A stretch of DNA of 64,000 bases, taken from an uncultured archaeon. Lineage in GTDB: Archaea; Asgardarchaeota; Lokiarchaeia; Sigyniarchaeales; SOKP01. Made by a program: the position numbers and the translations under genes. The notes under the pieces are model-generated. The model saw only the letters and a program-made list of their open reading frames with translations, was not told the origin of the DNA and searched no databases. Every line of letters begins with the position of its first letter. The stretch's first letter is position 1. The stretch is from NCBI GenBank assembly GCA_964388035.1, contig CAYLZE010000007.1:1-64000 (forward strand), in the 5' to 3' direction. Positions 10,422 through 19,538 of this stretch are shown here, piece after piece.

Positions 10422-11873
10422 ATGAGTGAAACAAATTATGAAGTGATTATAGGGCTTGAAGTGCATATACAACTCACCAATTTAAAAACCAAGCTATTTT
10501 GTAGTTGCAATACCGATTATAGAGGAAAAAAACCCAACACGCATGCTTGTCCCGTTTGTTTAGGAATGCCGGGTTCATTACCCGTAGTTAATGAAAAAGC
10601 CATAGAATTTGCCACCAGAATGGCATTAGCTCTTGATTGTAAAATAAATGAGAAATTTTGGTTTTTTAGAAAAAATTATTTTTATCCCGATATGTCGAAA
10701 AACTTTCAAATCTCTCAATATAATAAGGCGGGTGGAAAAGCTTTTGGAGATAATGGGTACGTGACTATAAAAATGGATGGTGTGAAAAAAGATATTGTGT
10801 TAAACCGGATTCATTTAGAGGAAGATCCCGCAAGAATAGTCCATCTTGGGAGCATTACCACTTCACCTTATGCTCTTATTGATTATAACCGATCAGGAGT
10901 GACCCTTTTAGAAATTGTTACCGAACCGGTAATAGAATCTCCCGAAGAAGCCAGGGAATTTCTAAATCAATTAAAATTGTTGGTAGATTATACCGACATC
11001 TCAGATTTAAATTTTGAAGGATCATGTCGGGTTGACGCCAACATTTCGATTAAGGGATATCCTCGAGTAGAAGTTAAAAATATCAATAGTTTTAAAGAAG
11101 TGGAAAGTGCCTTGAAATGGGAAATCACGCGTCAAAAAAATCTAATCAAGAGAAATAAGACATGTGAGCAAGAAACGCGACATTGGGATGGTAAAGTAAC
11201 CATTCCTATGAGAACAAAAGAATTTGAAAAGGATTATCGTTATTTTCCCGAACAAGACTTGGTGCCTATCGAAATAAATGAAGAATATATTGAAAATGTT
11301 CGAGCGAAGCTTCCAGAAATGCCAAGAGAGCGATTAGAACGCCTACAAAAGCAATATCAACTATCTGAATTCGATGCCGAAAATTTAGTATTAAATAAAA
11401 GCATTGCAGACTTCTATGAGCTAGGTGTCCAAGCTGATTCTTCCTTTGGGTCAGAAGAATACAAATTATATTGTAATTGGTTAATGAATGATGTATTAGG
11501 ATGGCTAAATGATAATAATAAATCAATAGCGCAAACAAAACTCAAACCACTTCAAATTACCGAATTAGTTAATTTATTAAAACAAGGGAAGATCACGAGC
11601 AAAATTGCGAAATCAATCATTGATGAAATGATGAAGGGTATATCCATTGAAAAGATTCTCAAAAAACAAGATATAAAACGAATTGCAGATAAAAAAGAAA
11701 TTACTCGGATCGTGCGGGAAGTTATTGAAGAAAATCCAAATATCGTCAGTGATGCTGTTAAAAAACCAAAAGCCATTCAAGCATTAATTGGTAAAGTAAT
11801 GAAGAAGACCAAAGGGCAAGCCGATCCGGATATCACCCAAAACACGATGCAAGAAGAATTAAAAAAATTATAA
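10422..11873 (+). CDS. gatB: Asp-tRNA(Asn)/Glu-tRNA(Gln) amidotransferase subunit B
   Basis: IGLEVHIQL, RKNYFYPD, IHLEED, DYNRSG, DYRYFPE, Yqey-like tail. SD AGGAGG upstream; operonic with gatA. Confidence 0.97.
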   Translation: MSETNYEVIIGLEVHIQLTNLKTKLFCSCNTDYRGKKPNTHACPVCLGMPGSLPVVNEKAIEFATRMALALDCKINEKFWFFRKNYFYPDMSKNFQISQYNKAGGKAFGDNGYVTIKMDGVKKDIVLNRIHLEEDPARIVHLGSITTSPYALIDYNRSGVTLLEIVTEPVIESPEEAREFLNQLKLLVDYTDISDLNFEGSCRVDANISIKGYPRVEVKNINSFKEVESALKWEITRQKNLIKRNKTCEQETRHWDGKVTIPMRTKEFEKDYRYFPEQDLVPIEINEEYIENVRAKLPEMPRERLERLQKQYQLSEFDAENLVLNKSIADFYELGVQADSSFGSEEYKLYCNWLMNDVLGWLNDNNKSIAQTKLKPLQITELVNLLKQGKITSKIAKSIIDEMMKGISIEKILKKQDIKRIADKKEITRIVREVIEENPNIVSDAVKKPKAIQALIGKVMKKTKGQADPDITQNTMQEELKKL

Positions 11874-11903
11874 ACTTTTGGTTAGATTGTTGAGCTCAAG
11901 TGC

Positions 11904-12269
11904 TCATGCAAGCAATGGTTCTAAAGCGTTTTTAGCTGCACTCAACTTTAAATTAATAATTCCTAATTTCGCGTCGAGAGAAGCAAGTAAGCATAATATA
12001 TTTCCCTTAACTTCCGTAAATAATATTTTCCCCTTTTGGGATTCAAGAATTGCATTGCTAAATAATCCTTGTTCTAATTCCTTCGTAGCTCTTTGAGACG
12101 CCTTTAGAACTAACGTGACCATGGCAGCTACTGCTTCAGGGTCCACCCAACCAGGAAGGGCACTGCCCCTTATTAAGCCAAATTTTTCAATTAAAGCTGC
12201 ACCATGAACTCCCTTGATAGATTTTAGGGATTCTAATATTTCAGTTATTTTTTCACTCATAAAAATCAA
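11904..12269 (-). CDS. Roadblock/LC7 domain protein
   Basis: About 120 aa with IKGVHGAALIEKFGL, AVAAM, ELEQG, LGII pattern typical of roadblock/MglB. Confidence 0.9.
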   Translation of the reverse strand: MIFMSEKITEILESLKSIKGVHGAALIEKFGLIRGSALPGWVDPEAVAAMVTLVLKASQRATKELEQGLFSNAILESQKGKILFTEVKGNILCLLASLDAKLGIINLKLSAAKNALEPLLA

Positions 12270-12305
12270 TCCATATTCATATAAATTTAATAGAATTAAT
12301 CATAT

Positions 12306-12653
12306 TTAACTTTTCAAGAAAAGAATTTTCGATTTATCTTCAAACAATTTTATTTGAAAATTTTTTTGGGTGAGAATTATGATGATGTCATCATTAATAA
12401 TGCTTATAAGTACATTCGCTTTATCACTTTCAATAAGCGTTTTTAAAACGGTTCCTTGATTCAATTCATGTAAGGTTTCATTAGATATTTTTAGTAAGGA
12501 ATTTACAAAATCTATGATTATTTTAAAATCAATCCACGTCGGTAGCGTATTTTTTTTGATGGTTCCGAATTTATTAAAGATTGCAATTCCTATGACTTCT
12601 TCAACATCTTTTAGAGCATCAATTACCTCAGAAATATTTATACTCGGATTCAT
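12306..12653 (-). CDS. Roadblock/LC7 domain protein (divergent tandem paralog)
   Basis: Aligns by eye to the neighbour: KFG..K..LP.WID, ELNQG....LIES.K. Confidence 0.8.
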   Translation of the reverse strand: MNPSINISEVIDALKDVEEVIGIAIFNKFGTIKKNTLPTWIDFKIIIDFVNSLLKISNETLHELNQGTVLKTLIESDKANVLISIINDDIIIILTQKNFQIKLFEDKSKILFLKS

Positions 12654-12807
12654 TTTGAAAATAAATTGTTTTAATCTATTTTGTTAAATTTAATGTGATT
12701 AAAGTGATGTATCTCAAATAATGATTAAGGATTTATAAAATTAAATGCTTAATATTTTTTTATTTATAATTATTGGATATTTGAAACTAATTAAAAAAAA
12801 ATAGAAA

Positions 12808-13872
12808 TTAAAGTTTGATGACTTTGCCTTTGACATCTATTATAACAGCAAGTAGGGAAATGAGAATAATCATTACTATTCCTAAGAAAAGGTCAATTTC
12901 GTAACCAATGATATCCGAAATTAAAAATTCAAGGACTACTGCAACAATATAAATTAGAAAAGGACTTTTCCCGTAACTATCTAATACGATAATTGGTTTT
13001 TCATAACACTTTTCAATTGCAATGAATATGAAGGATAGTAATATGGTAAAACCCAAACTGATGTATATATAGGAAGCAGTAACTTGTCTTTTATTGGGAT
13101 ACCATTCAGGGATTAATATCATGATTAATCCTACTAACAATGCTATAGCTCCCATGATCGCATAATTTCTTAATTTTTTTGATTCCACTGGTCCTTCCTG
13201 GACAAATAAGTAATCCCCGATGGATGTTGCATATATCATTATAGCAGAAAAACCAAAAATTGTACCTAAAATACCACCATGGACTGATGCAATGGCATAT
13301 TCCCTCCAACCTCCAAATAATAACATTATTTGATAAAAAATTAACAGCAGGGTTGCAATAACAGCTCGAATTTTCGGTTTAAACCATAAAAATGGTATGG
13401 TAATTAACCCAACTAAACCCAATGTAGGAAGAACATCCCAAGCAACTACAACCATTCCTGATACAACCAAGGGTGCGCCATTGCTCATTTTAATTAAAGA
13501 ACCTTGGTCGATGAGGACAACTAATAATCCTAACCCTAAGATGATGCCATACCTAATAGCTAAATGAAAAACTGCCTTCATCACGCCAGCTTTTTCCCTT
13601 CTCTTGTAAAAAGAAAGGGGCATTAGTAATCCCATAATTATTATGAATGCAGGCGCTCCTATATCATAAAAATTCATTACTTGAGTAGTGGTAGAATTTT
13701 CTGGATGTTCCATGATAAATCGAAGGGGTCCTTCTCGAATTGCTTTTGGTAAATACATGGTGACAACTAACAATAGCATTACAAATCCCCTTGCATGATC
13801 TAACCAGTAGATTCTCTTTTTTTGTTCAATGGGAATTTCTTTTGAAATTTCATCCTGTTCGTTCGTCTTGAT
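12808..13872 (-). CDS. HGSNAT/DUF1624-like membrane acyltransferase
   Basis: Multi-TM protein with YDIGAPAF and WYPNKRQVTASY. The conserved RIYWLDHARG motif lies in frame upstream of the first ATG (13779); the open frame extends to 13872, so the true start is uncertain. Confidence 0.75.
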   Translation of the reverse strand: MKTNEQDEISKEIPIEQKKRIYWLDHARGFVMLLLVVTMYLPKAIREGPLRFIMEHPENSTTTQVMNFYDIGAPAFIIIMGLLMPLSFYKRREKAGVMKAVFHLAIRYGIILGLGLLVVLIDQGSLIKMSNGAPLVVSGMVVVAWDVLPTLGLVGLITIPFLWFKPKIRAVIATLLLIFYQIMLLFGGWREYAIASVHGGILGTIFGFSAIMIYATSIGDYLFVQEGPVESKKLRNYAIMGAIALLVGLIMILIPEWYPNKRQVTASYIYISLGFTILLSFIFIAIEKCYEKPIIVLDSYGKSPFLIYIVAVVLEFLISDIIGYEIDLFLGIVMIILISLLAVIIDVKGKVIKL

Positions 13873-13989
13873 TCACCTTTAAAGTAATTTTAAAAATTTT
13901 TTTATTATTTACATAATTGAATTCGATCCTATTTAATTCTTTAAAAAAAAATGGTGAAATTGAATTTTTATTTTGTAAAACTAAAAAAT

Positions 13990-15396
13990 CTATAATTTTA
14001 TATTAAAATAATTGACTGCATTATTAAAGCAGATATTTTCAATTAATTCTCCCAGCATGTTCATATCATTGGGGATTTCACCATTTTCAACTTCCTTGCC
14101 AATTAAATTGCAGAGAATCCTACGAAAATATTCGTGTCTTGGATAAGATAAGAAGCTTCTCGAATCGGTAGTCATCCCGATAAAACGACTTAATAATCCT
14201 AAGTTAGAGAGCGCATTCGCATTCCATTCTATACCATGTTTCTGATCAAGGAACCACCACGCGGGACCGAATTGAATTTTGCCCGGAATGGTATCATCTT
14301 GAAAATTTCCAATCATGGAAGCAACTAAATAATTATCCCGGGGATTAATATTAAAAAGAATCGTTTTAGCCAATTGATTCGTTCGATCTAATCGATCTAA
14401 AAATTTTGCCATGTCAACAGCTAGCTGAAAATCTCCCATAGAATCAAATCCTGTATCGGGACCTAATTGATTAAAATATCGAGTATTATTATTTCTAATG
14501 GCACCAAAATGAAATTGTTGCACCCAACCCCGTTTATGATTCAATTTTGAAACTTCAAAAAGGAAGGCAGATTTAAATCTCGCTACTTCTTGCTCATCCG
14601 CTTCTTTTCCAGATAATACTCTCTTTAAAGTAACATCGATATCATTCTCATCATATTCCTCTGCATAGAACCTCTTGATCCCATGATCCGAAATTCGACA
14701 CTCATTTTCATGAAAATAGGCATGACGTATATCAATAGCATGTATTAAAGAGGAAAAGTCTTGAATTTTCTCACCTACTTCTTCTGATAGATTATTGATA
14801 TATGTGATATAGCTTTTCGGATTCTCGATTGCCATTGTTTGGTCGGGCCTAAATGCAGGAATTACTTTAATTTCAAAATTATCATTTCTAATTTGACGAT
14901 GATACTTAAGAGAATTAAGTGGATCTTCAGTGGTGCAAACTAATTTTACTTTCATTTTACGCAGTAAATTTCTGACTGAGAATTCAGGAGATTTAAGTAG
15001 AGATTCACAGCATTGATATATTTCTTTATAGGTGGCATGATTCAATATCTTTGTAATATTAAAATATCTTTGGAGTTCTAAATGCGTCCAGTGATATAAC
15101 GGATTCCTAAGCGTCATGGGAACAGTTTCAGCATATCTTTCAAATTTTTCCAGATCAGAGGCATTTCCCGTGCAATATCTTTCTTTTATTCCATTAGAAC
15201 GCATGGCTCTCCATTTATAATGATCTCCTGCCAACCAAGCTTCTGAAAGATTTTTGAAATTTTTATCCTCGGCAATATCCTTTACGGGGAGATGACAATG
15301 ATAATCAAAAATTGGCATTTTTTTTGCATGATCATAATATAAATAGCGTGCAGTTTCTGTATGTAGCAAAAAATTTTCGTCCATAAAGTTTTTCAT
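13990..15396 (-). CDS. uxaC: Glucuronate isomerase (uronate isomerase)
   Basis: MKNFMDENFLL, DYHCHL, GDHYKWRAMR, NPLYHWTHLEL, GPDTGFDS, WWFLDQ, TDSRSFLSYPRHEYFRR. Confidence 0.97.
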   Translation of the reverse strand: MKNFMDENFLLHTETARYLYYDHAKKMPIFDYHCHLPVKDIAEDKNFKNLSEAWLAGDHYKWRAMRSNGIKERYCTGNASDLEKFERYAETVPMTLRNPLYHWTHLELQRYFNITKILNHATYKEIYQCCESLLKSPEFSVRNLLRKMKVKLVCTTEDPLNSLKYHRQIRNDNFEIKVIPAFRPDQTMAIENPKSYITYINNLSEEVGEKIQDFSSLIHAIDIRHAYFHENECRISDHGIKRFYAEEYDENDIDVTLKRVLSGKEADEQEVARFKSAFLFEVSKLNHKRGWVQQFHFGAIRNNNTRYFNQLGPDTGFDSMGDFQLAVDMAKFLDRLDRTNQLAKTILFNINPRDNYLVASMIGNFQDDTIPGKIQFGPAWWFLDQKHGIEWNANALSNLGLLSRFIGMTTDSRSFLSYPRHEYFRRILCNLIGKEVENGEIPNDMNMLGELIENICFNNAVNYFNIKL

Positions 15397-15604
15397 TTTT
15401 CATTTTACCTTTGCTAATTACTTGTTCATCTTTTTTTTACATTATCAAAAAATTTAAATATAAATAGTGCTAAAATGTAAGTTTTAGGTTGATTTCAATA
15501 TAAGATTTGTTATTATGAGATAAAATGAATATTATAATAAAAAAAGAAGTGTAATTGATTGAAAAACGTAAATAAAGATTAAAAAAAATAGAAAGATAAG
15601 AATC

Positions 15605-16588
15605 TTACATCTTTATCAAGCCGCCAATTGTTCCCATTAAAGTTTCCTTTTTAGGCAATCCTTTCATTAATTCTGGCTTAACTCTTTCAGCTAAGATTTG
15701 TGGAGTGAAGGGTTTACCATTATTGCTAATAGAGTTAAATGAATGCCATCCTTGAAATACGAAAACTCTATCGCCTACAACTCGAAAAACTTCTCCGTTG
15801 ATCTTGTTCGCTTTATCTGACGCTAAAAAGACAACCATTGGAGCAACATTGGCAGGATTGAATACATCGAAGCCACTCGCATCTAATTTATTCATTACAT
15901 CAACCATTTGTGGAGTTGCATCAGTCGTAAGTCGAGTTCGAGCTACTGGAACAATACAATTCACAGTAGCATATTTATCTAATTCCATTGATGCAATTAC
16001 AGTAAAAGCAGCTATACCAGCTTTTGCAGCCCCATAATTTGTTTGACCTACATTCCCAAGTAATCCGGCATCGGAAGAGGTATTGATTATTCTTCCAAAA
16101 TTCTTCAACTTTGGATCGGCTTTAACTTTTTCCCTAAAATAAGCGGAGGCATGTCGAGAGGTGTTAAAAGTCCCTTTTAGATGAACAGCCATGATAGCAT
16201 CAAACTCTTCCTCTGTCATGTTGACAAGCATTCGATCTCGGAGAATACCTGCATTATTCACTAAAATATCTAATTTACCGAATTCAGAAATCGCTTGGTC
16301 TATCATTCCTTTTGCTTTATTAAAATCAGTGACAGAATCATAATTTCCCACTGCTTTCACACCTAATTTCTTGCATTCCGCTGCAACCTCATCAGCCACT
16401 TTCATTTCGGCACCTGTTCCATCAAATGAGGCGCCCAAATCATTAATAACCAGATTGCAACCTTCCTTAGCCATCGCTAACGCTTCTTCACGACCTAGTC
16501 CGCGTCCTGCACCCGTAATGAGGGCAACTTTTCCATCAAGCATTCCCATACTTATATCACTTCTTTTTACTTTTGAAAATTTTTCCAT
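15605..16588 (-). CDS. Short-chain dehydrogenase/reductase (MFE-2/3-hydroxyacyl-CoA dehydrogenase-like)
   Basis: TGAGRGLG, VINDLG, NNAGILRD, YGAAK. Likely start ATG 16549. Confidence 0.92.
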   Translation of the reverse strand: MEKFSKVKRSDISMGMLDGKVALITGAGRGLGREEALAMAKEGCNLVINDLGASFDGTGAEMKVADEVAAECKKLGVKAVGNYDSVTDFNKAKGMIDQAISEFGKLDILVNNAGILRDRMLVNMTEEEFDAIMAVHLKGTFNTSRHASAYFREKVKADPKLKNFGRIINTSSDAGLLGNVGQTNYGAAKAGIAAFTVIASMELDKYATVNCIVPVARTRLTTDATPQMVDVMNKLDASGFDVFNPANVAPMVVFLASDKANKINGEVFRVVGDRVFVFQGWHSFNSISNNGKPFTPQILAERVKPELMKGLPKKETLMGTIGGLIKM

Positions 16589-16758
16589 TACTATAAATTC
16601 AATTTGATATGAATAATTAAAGTTGAATTTTAATACTTAAAAAATTTAACGTTATCCCCTTCATCGAATACTTTATCTTATAACGAAAAATATAGTGATA
16701 GTAAAAGGATTATATTTTCATAATTTCTTTTAATCAGTTTAATGAGGAATTTATATCC

Positions 16759-17262
16759 GTGGAAGCTATTACACATAATTTAACGGGTGTACTAATTCAA
16801 ATCCTTTGTTTTAAATATTTTATAACTCCTTATAATATTATTTTAGCCATAGTTTTTGCATTTTTATCTCATTTTCTCGTAGATGCGTTAGCCAAGATTA
16901 CCTATCATACACCCGAAGCGAGGAAGGAAGATAAATTCTGGGTTACGTGGCACATTATCATCCTAATACTTTCTCTGCTCTCTTTTGGAATCTTTATTGC
17001 ATGGTATTGGATAGGAATCTTATTTGCTAATCTCATCGATATTTGGGACTGGTTAATCATCAGAAATATTCAAAATTATAAAAAGAAGGAAAATCCCGAG
17101 TCAAATTGGTGCCAAAAATGCTTTTTTCATCCAATTGCAGATAAAGTACGCAATTTATTATTTCCCTTTTTACCGAATTTAAATTATAAAAGAAAAGGTA
17201 TAATACCGGAAATAATCATTATCTTTGTCTTATCTGTTAGCATCACGTTTTTATTAATTTAG
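16759..17262 (+). CDS. Hypothetical membrane protein, possible metal-dependent hydrolase
   Basis: ITH, SHFLVD, NLID motifs within TM segments. Confidence 0.65.
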   Translation: MEAITHNLTGVLIQILCFKYFITPYNIILAIVFAFLSHFLVDALAKITYHTPEARKEDKFWVTWHIIILILSLLSFGIFIAWYWIGILFANLIDIWDWLIIRNIQNYKKKENPESNWCQKCFFHPIADKVRNLLFPFLPNLNYKRKGIIPEIIIIFVLSVSITFLLI

Positions 17263-17449
17263 ATCCTTTTAAGCATGAAAACAATTTAAGAGTTTTAAAT
17301 TATTTTTAGACAATTTGACTAATCTTTATGAGGAATTATAAAATTTTCTAATAGGGAAAATTCGTGTAGGATTTCTAAAATTTAATATTGTAAAAATCCT
17401 TATTTTGAACATTCATTACGAAATATATATTTTAGAAAAGAGGATATAA

Positions 17450-18502
17450 ATGAATTTAGGACATGGTTCCCTTTCAGGTTTAGCTACCTTAAGAGAGGGT
17501 GTTAAAAGAAAAAGAATTTCAAGCTATGATGTATCGGGAGCTAATTTTGATTTTGTTCACATTCCCAAAAAAGAGAAGCATGAAGTTTGCAATATCCAAG
17601 GTGCCGGATGTATTAAACATATATGGATGACAATGGCCTCCCCTGATCCGCACTATTTACGAAAAGCTTTAATTAGAATGTGGTGGGATGAGGAGAAAGC
17701 ACCGTCCGTGGAAGTACCTATAGGCGATTTTTTTGGGGTTGGGCATGCAAAATGCGTAAATTTCTGGAGCTTGCCTTTAGCAATGGGACCTCAAGATGGT
17801 AAGGGTTTTAATTGCTGGTTTCCCATGCCCTTTTCAAAGAGAGCTAGAATAGAGGTAGAAAATGCAACAGATACACATTTCATGTTATATTTTTATATAG
17901 ATTACGAAGAATATGATAGACTGGATGAGAATAAAGGGAGGTTTCATGCAACGTGGAATCGCGTGAATCCTTGTGAAGGAAGCGATTATAATACCGCAAG
18001 AAAAGTAGAAAGTTTCCGCAAAAAGAATCCGACGCATGAAAATGATTATTTAGTATTAGAAGCCGAGGGAAAAGGGCATTATGTAGGATGCCATTTGGAT
18101 ATCCACAATTTATACGAAACAGAAGAGTTTAATTGGCCCGGAGAAGGGGATGATTATATTGAAATTGATGACGGAGATTATATAATATACGGAACAGGAA
18201 CGGAAGATTATTTTTCTGGCGCCTACTGTCCTGCTCAATATTATTGCTCCCCGTATTTTGGAGTAACTTTACCGGGAGGACAAAATTGGAGTGGAAAAAT
18301 CTCTTATTATAGATATCATATCGAAGATCCCATTTATTTTACTAAAAATATTAAAGTAAAAATTGAACACGGTCATGCTAATCAACGTTCAGATGATTGG
18401 TCCTCAACAGCTTATTGGTATCAACAAGAACCTCATAAAGAATTCAAACCCATGCTCTCTGTAGCAGAGAGAATGCCCAAAGAAAATCCGAAGGAAATTT
18501 AA
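17450..18502 (+). CDS. DUF2961 / glycoside hydrolase family 172 protein
   Basis: GAGCIKHIWMT, PSVEVPIGDFFG, FPMPF, WPGEGDD, GTGTEDYF, YRYHIEDPI, IEHGHAN, SSTAYWYQ. Confidence 0.9.
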   Translation: MNLGHGSLSGLATLREGVKRKRISSYDVSGANFDFVHIPKKEKHEVCNIQGAGCIKHIWMTMASPDPHYLRKALIRMWWDEEKAPSVEVPIGDFFGVGHAKCVNFWSLPLAMGPQDGKGFNCWFPMPFSKRARIEVENATDTHFMLYFYIDYEEYDRLDENKGRFHATWNRVNPCEGSDYNTARKVESFRKKNPTHENDYLVLEAEGKGHYVGCHLDIHNLYETEEFNWPGEGDDYIEIDDGDYIIYGTGTEDYFSGAYCPAQYYCSPYFGVTLPGGQNWSGKISYYRYHIEDPIYFTKNIKVKIEHGHANQRSDDWSSTAYWYQQEPHKEFKPMLSVAERMPKENPKEI

Positions 18503-18715
18503 TACAATACTAAATCATGTGAAAAAAGATTATTCCCATTTAGAATTACTTTCTTTTTTTTATTACCATTATTTCCTTACAACCTTCCTTACTCTCCAAT
18601 CCAAGATAAAAGACATTAAATATTATTTATCCCTTAAAAAAACTATTTAAGTATATTTATTATCATTTTATTTTAGTCTGAATATTACCAGATAAAGAAG
18701 AATCTGTTTCTTTTT

Positions 18716-19126
18716 TTACTTTGTCTCATCATTCAAAAAAATAGGATTAAATTTTTTAAAATAAAGTAAGTGGCTCTTACAGGCACAATCTGAAGAACCA
18801 AAATTTTCTATATAAGAATCTGCAATGGAATCTAATTCTTTTGCCAATACGCATTCTAAGCATATCAATGATGGAACCAAATATAATCGTGTAATCATCG
18901 TTGCGGGATCTTCAAGGAAAAAGTCAATGTGCCAGTGAGGTTTTTTCTTTTCCGGGGGTAACAAGTGTCTTTTTACTCTATTTTCTAAAGTGGTTGCGCC
19001 GTATTCCCCCATTGCACTACCTACATAGAAGAAAAACCCTTTTTTAAATGAGATCTGTCCTAATGCTCCTATTGAAACATGTTTATCGCATGTTAAATAT
19101 ACAACTAAGATGTAAGATCCTTTCAT
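18716..19126 (-). CDS. DUF123 GIY-YIG nuclease
   Basis: MKGSY, YVGSAM, RVKRH, HWHIDF, EC.LA, FGSSDC.C.SHL. Confidence 0.92.
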   Translation of the reverse strand: MKGSYILVVYLTCDKHVSIGALGQISFKKGFFFYVGSAMGEYGATTLENRVKRHLLPPEKKKPHWHIDFFLEDPATMITRLYLVPSLICLECVLAKELDSIADSYIENFGSSDCACKSHLLYFKKFNPIFLNDETK

Positions 19127-19300
19127 TTATTTACAATTCATTTTATGTTCATAAAAACATCCATCGCAGAAATAGTCACCACATTTTCTACAAACATTAG
19201 CGCATTCATCGCATATCTCGTTTCCACATTCTTCACAAGCATAAAGCTCATTTTCAACATTTTCACCGCAATTTGAACATAATTTCTTTACTTTTGGCAT
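19127..19300 (-). CDS. 57-aa cysteine-rich zinc-finger protein
   Basis: Hand translation MPKVKKLCSNCGENVENELYACEECGNEICDECANVCRKCGDYFCDGCFYEHKMNCK*. Five CxxC pairs; stop abuts the DUF123 ATG (TAA ATG). Confidence 0.85.
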   Translation of the reverse strand: MPKVKKLCSNCGENVENELYACEECGNEICDECANVCRKCGDYFCDGCFYEHKMNCK

Positions 19301-19538
19301 TTTATTTTTATTCCATGTTATTTGAATGTTTAATTAAAACTAAAATTGTATAAAAATTACATTATTAGTGGTAAAATAGGTAAAAGATAGACAATTTTAT
19401 CATTCTGGTACATTAAAAAGTAAAGTTAACACCTTATAATAATAATAAATCGAAAACCTAAATTTATAAAAGGATTGAAATTAAAAGTTTATACAAATCA
19501 ATTTAATCAATAATAATACTTTAATTGATTATAATAAG

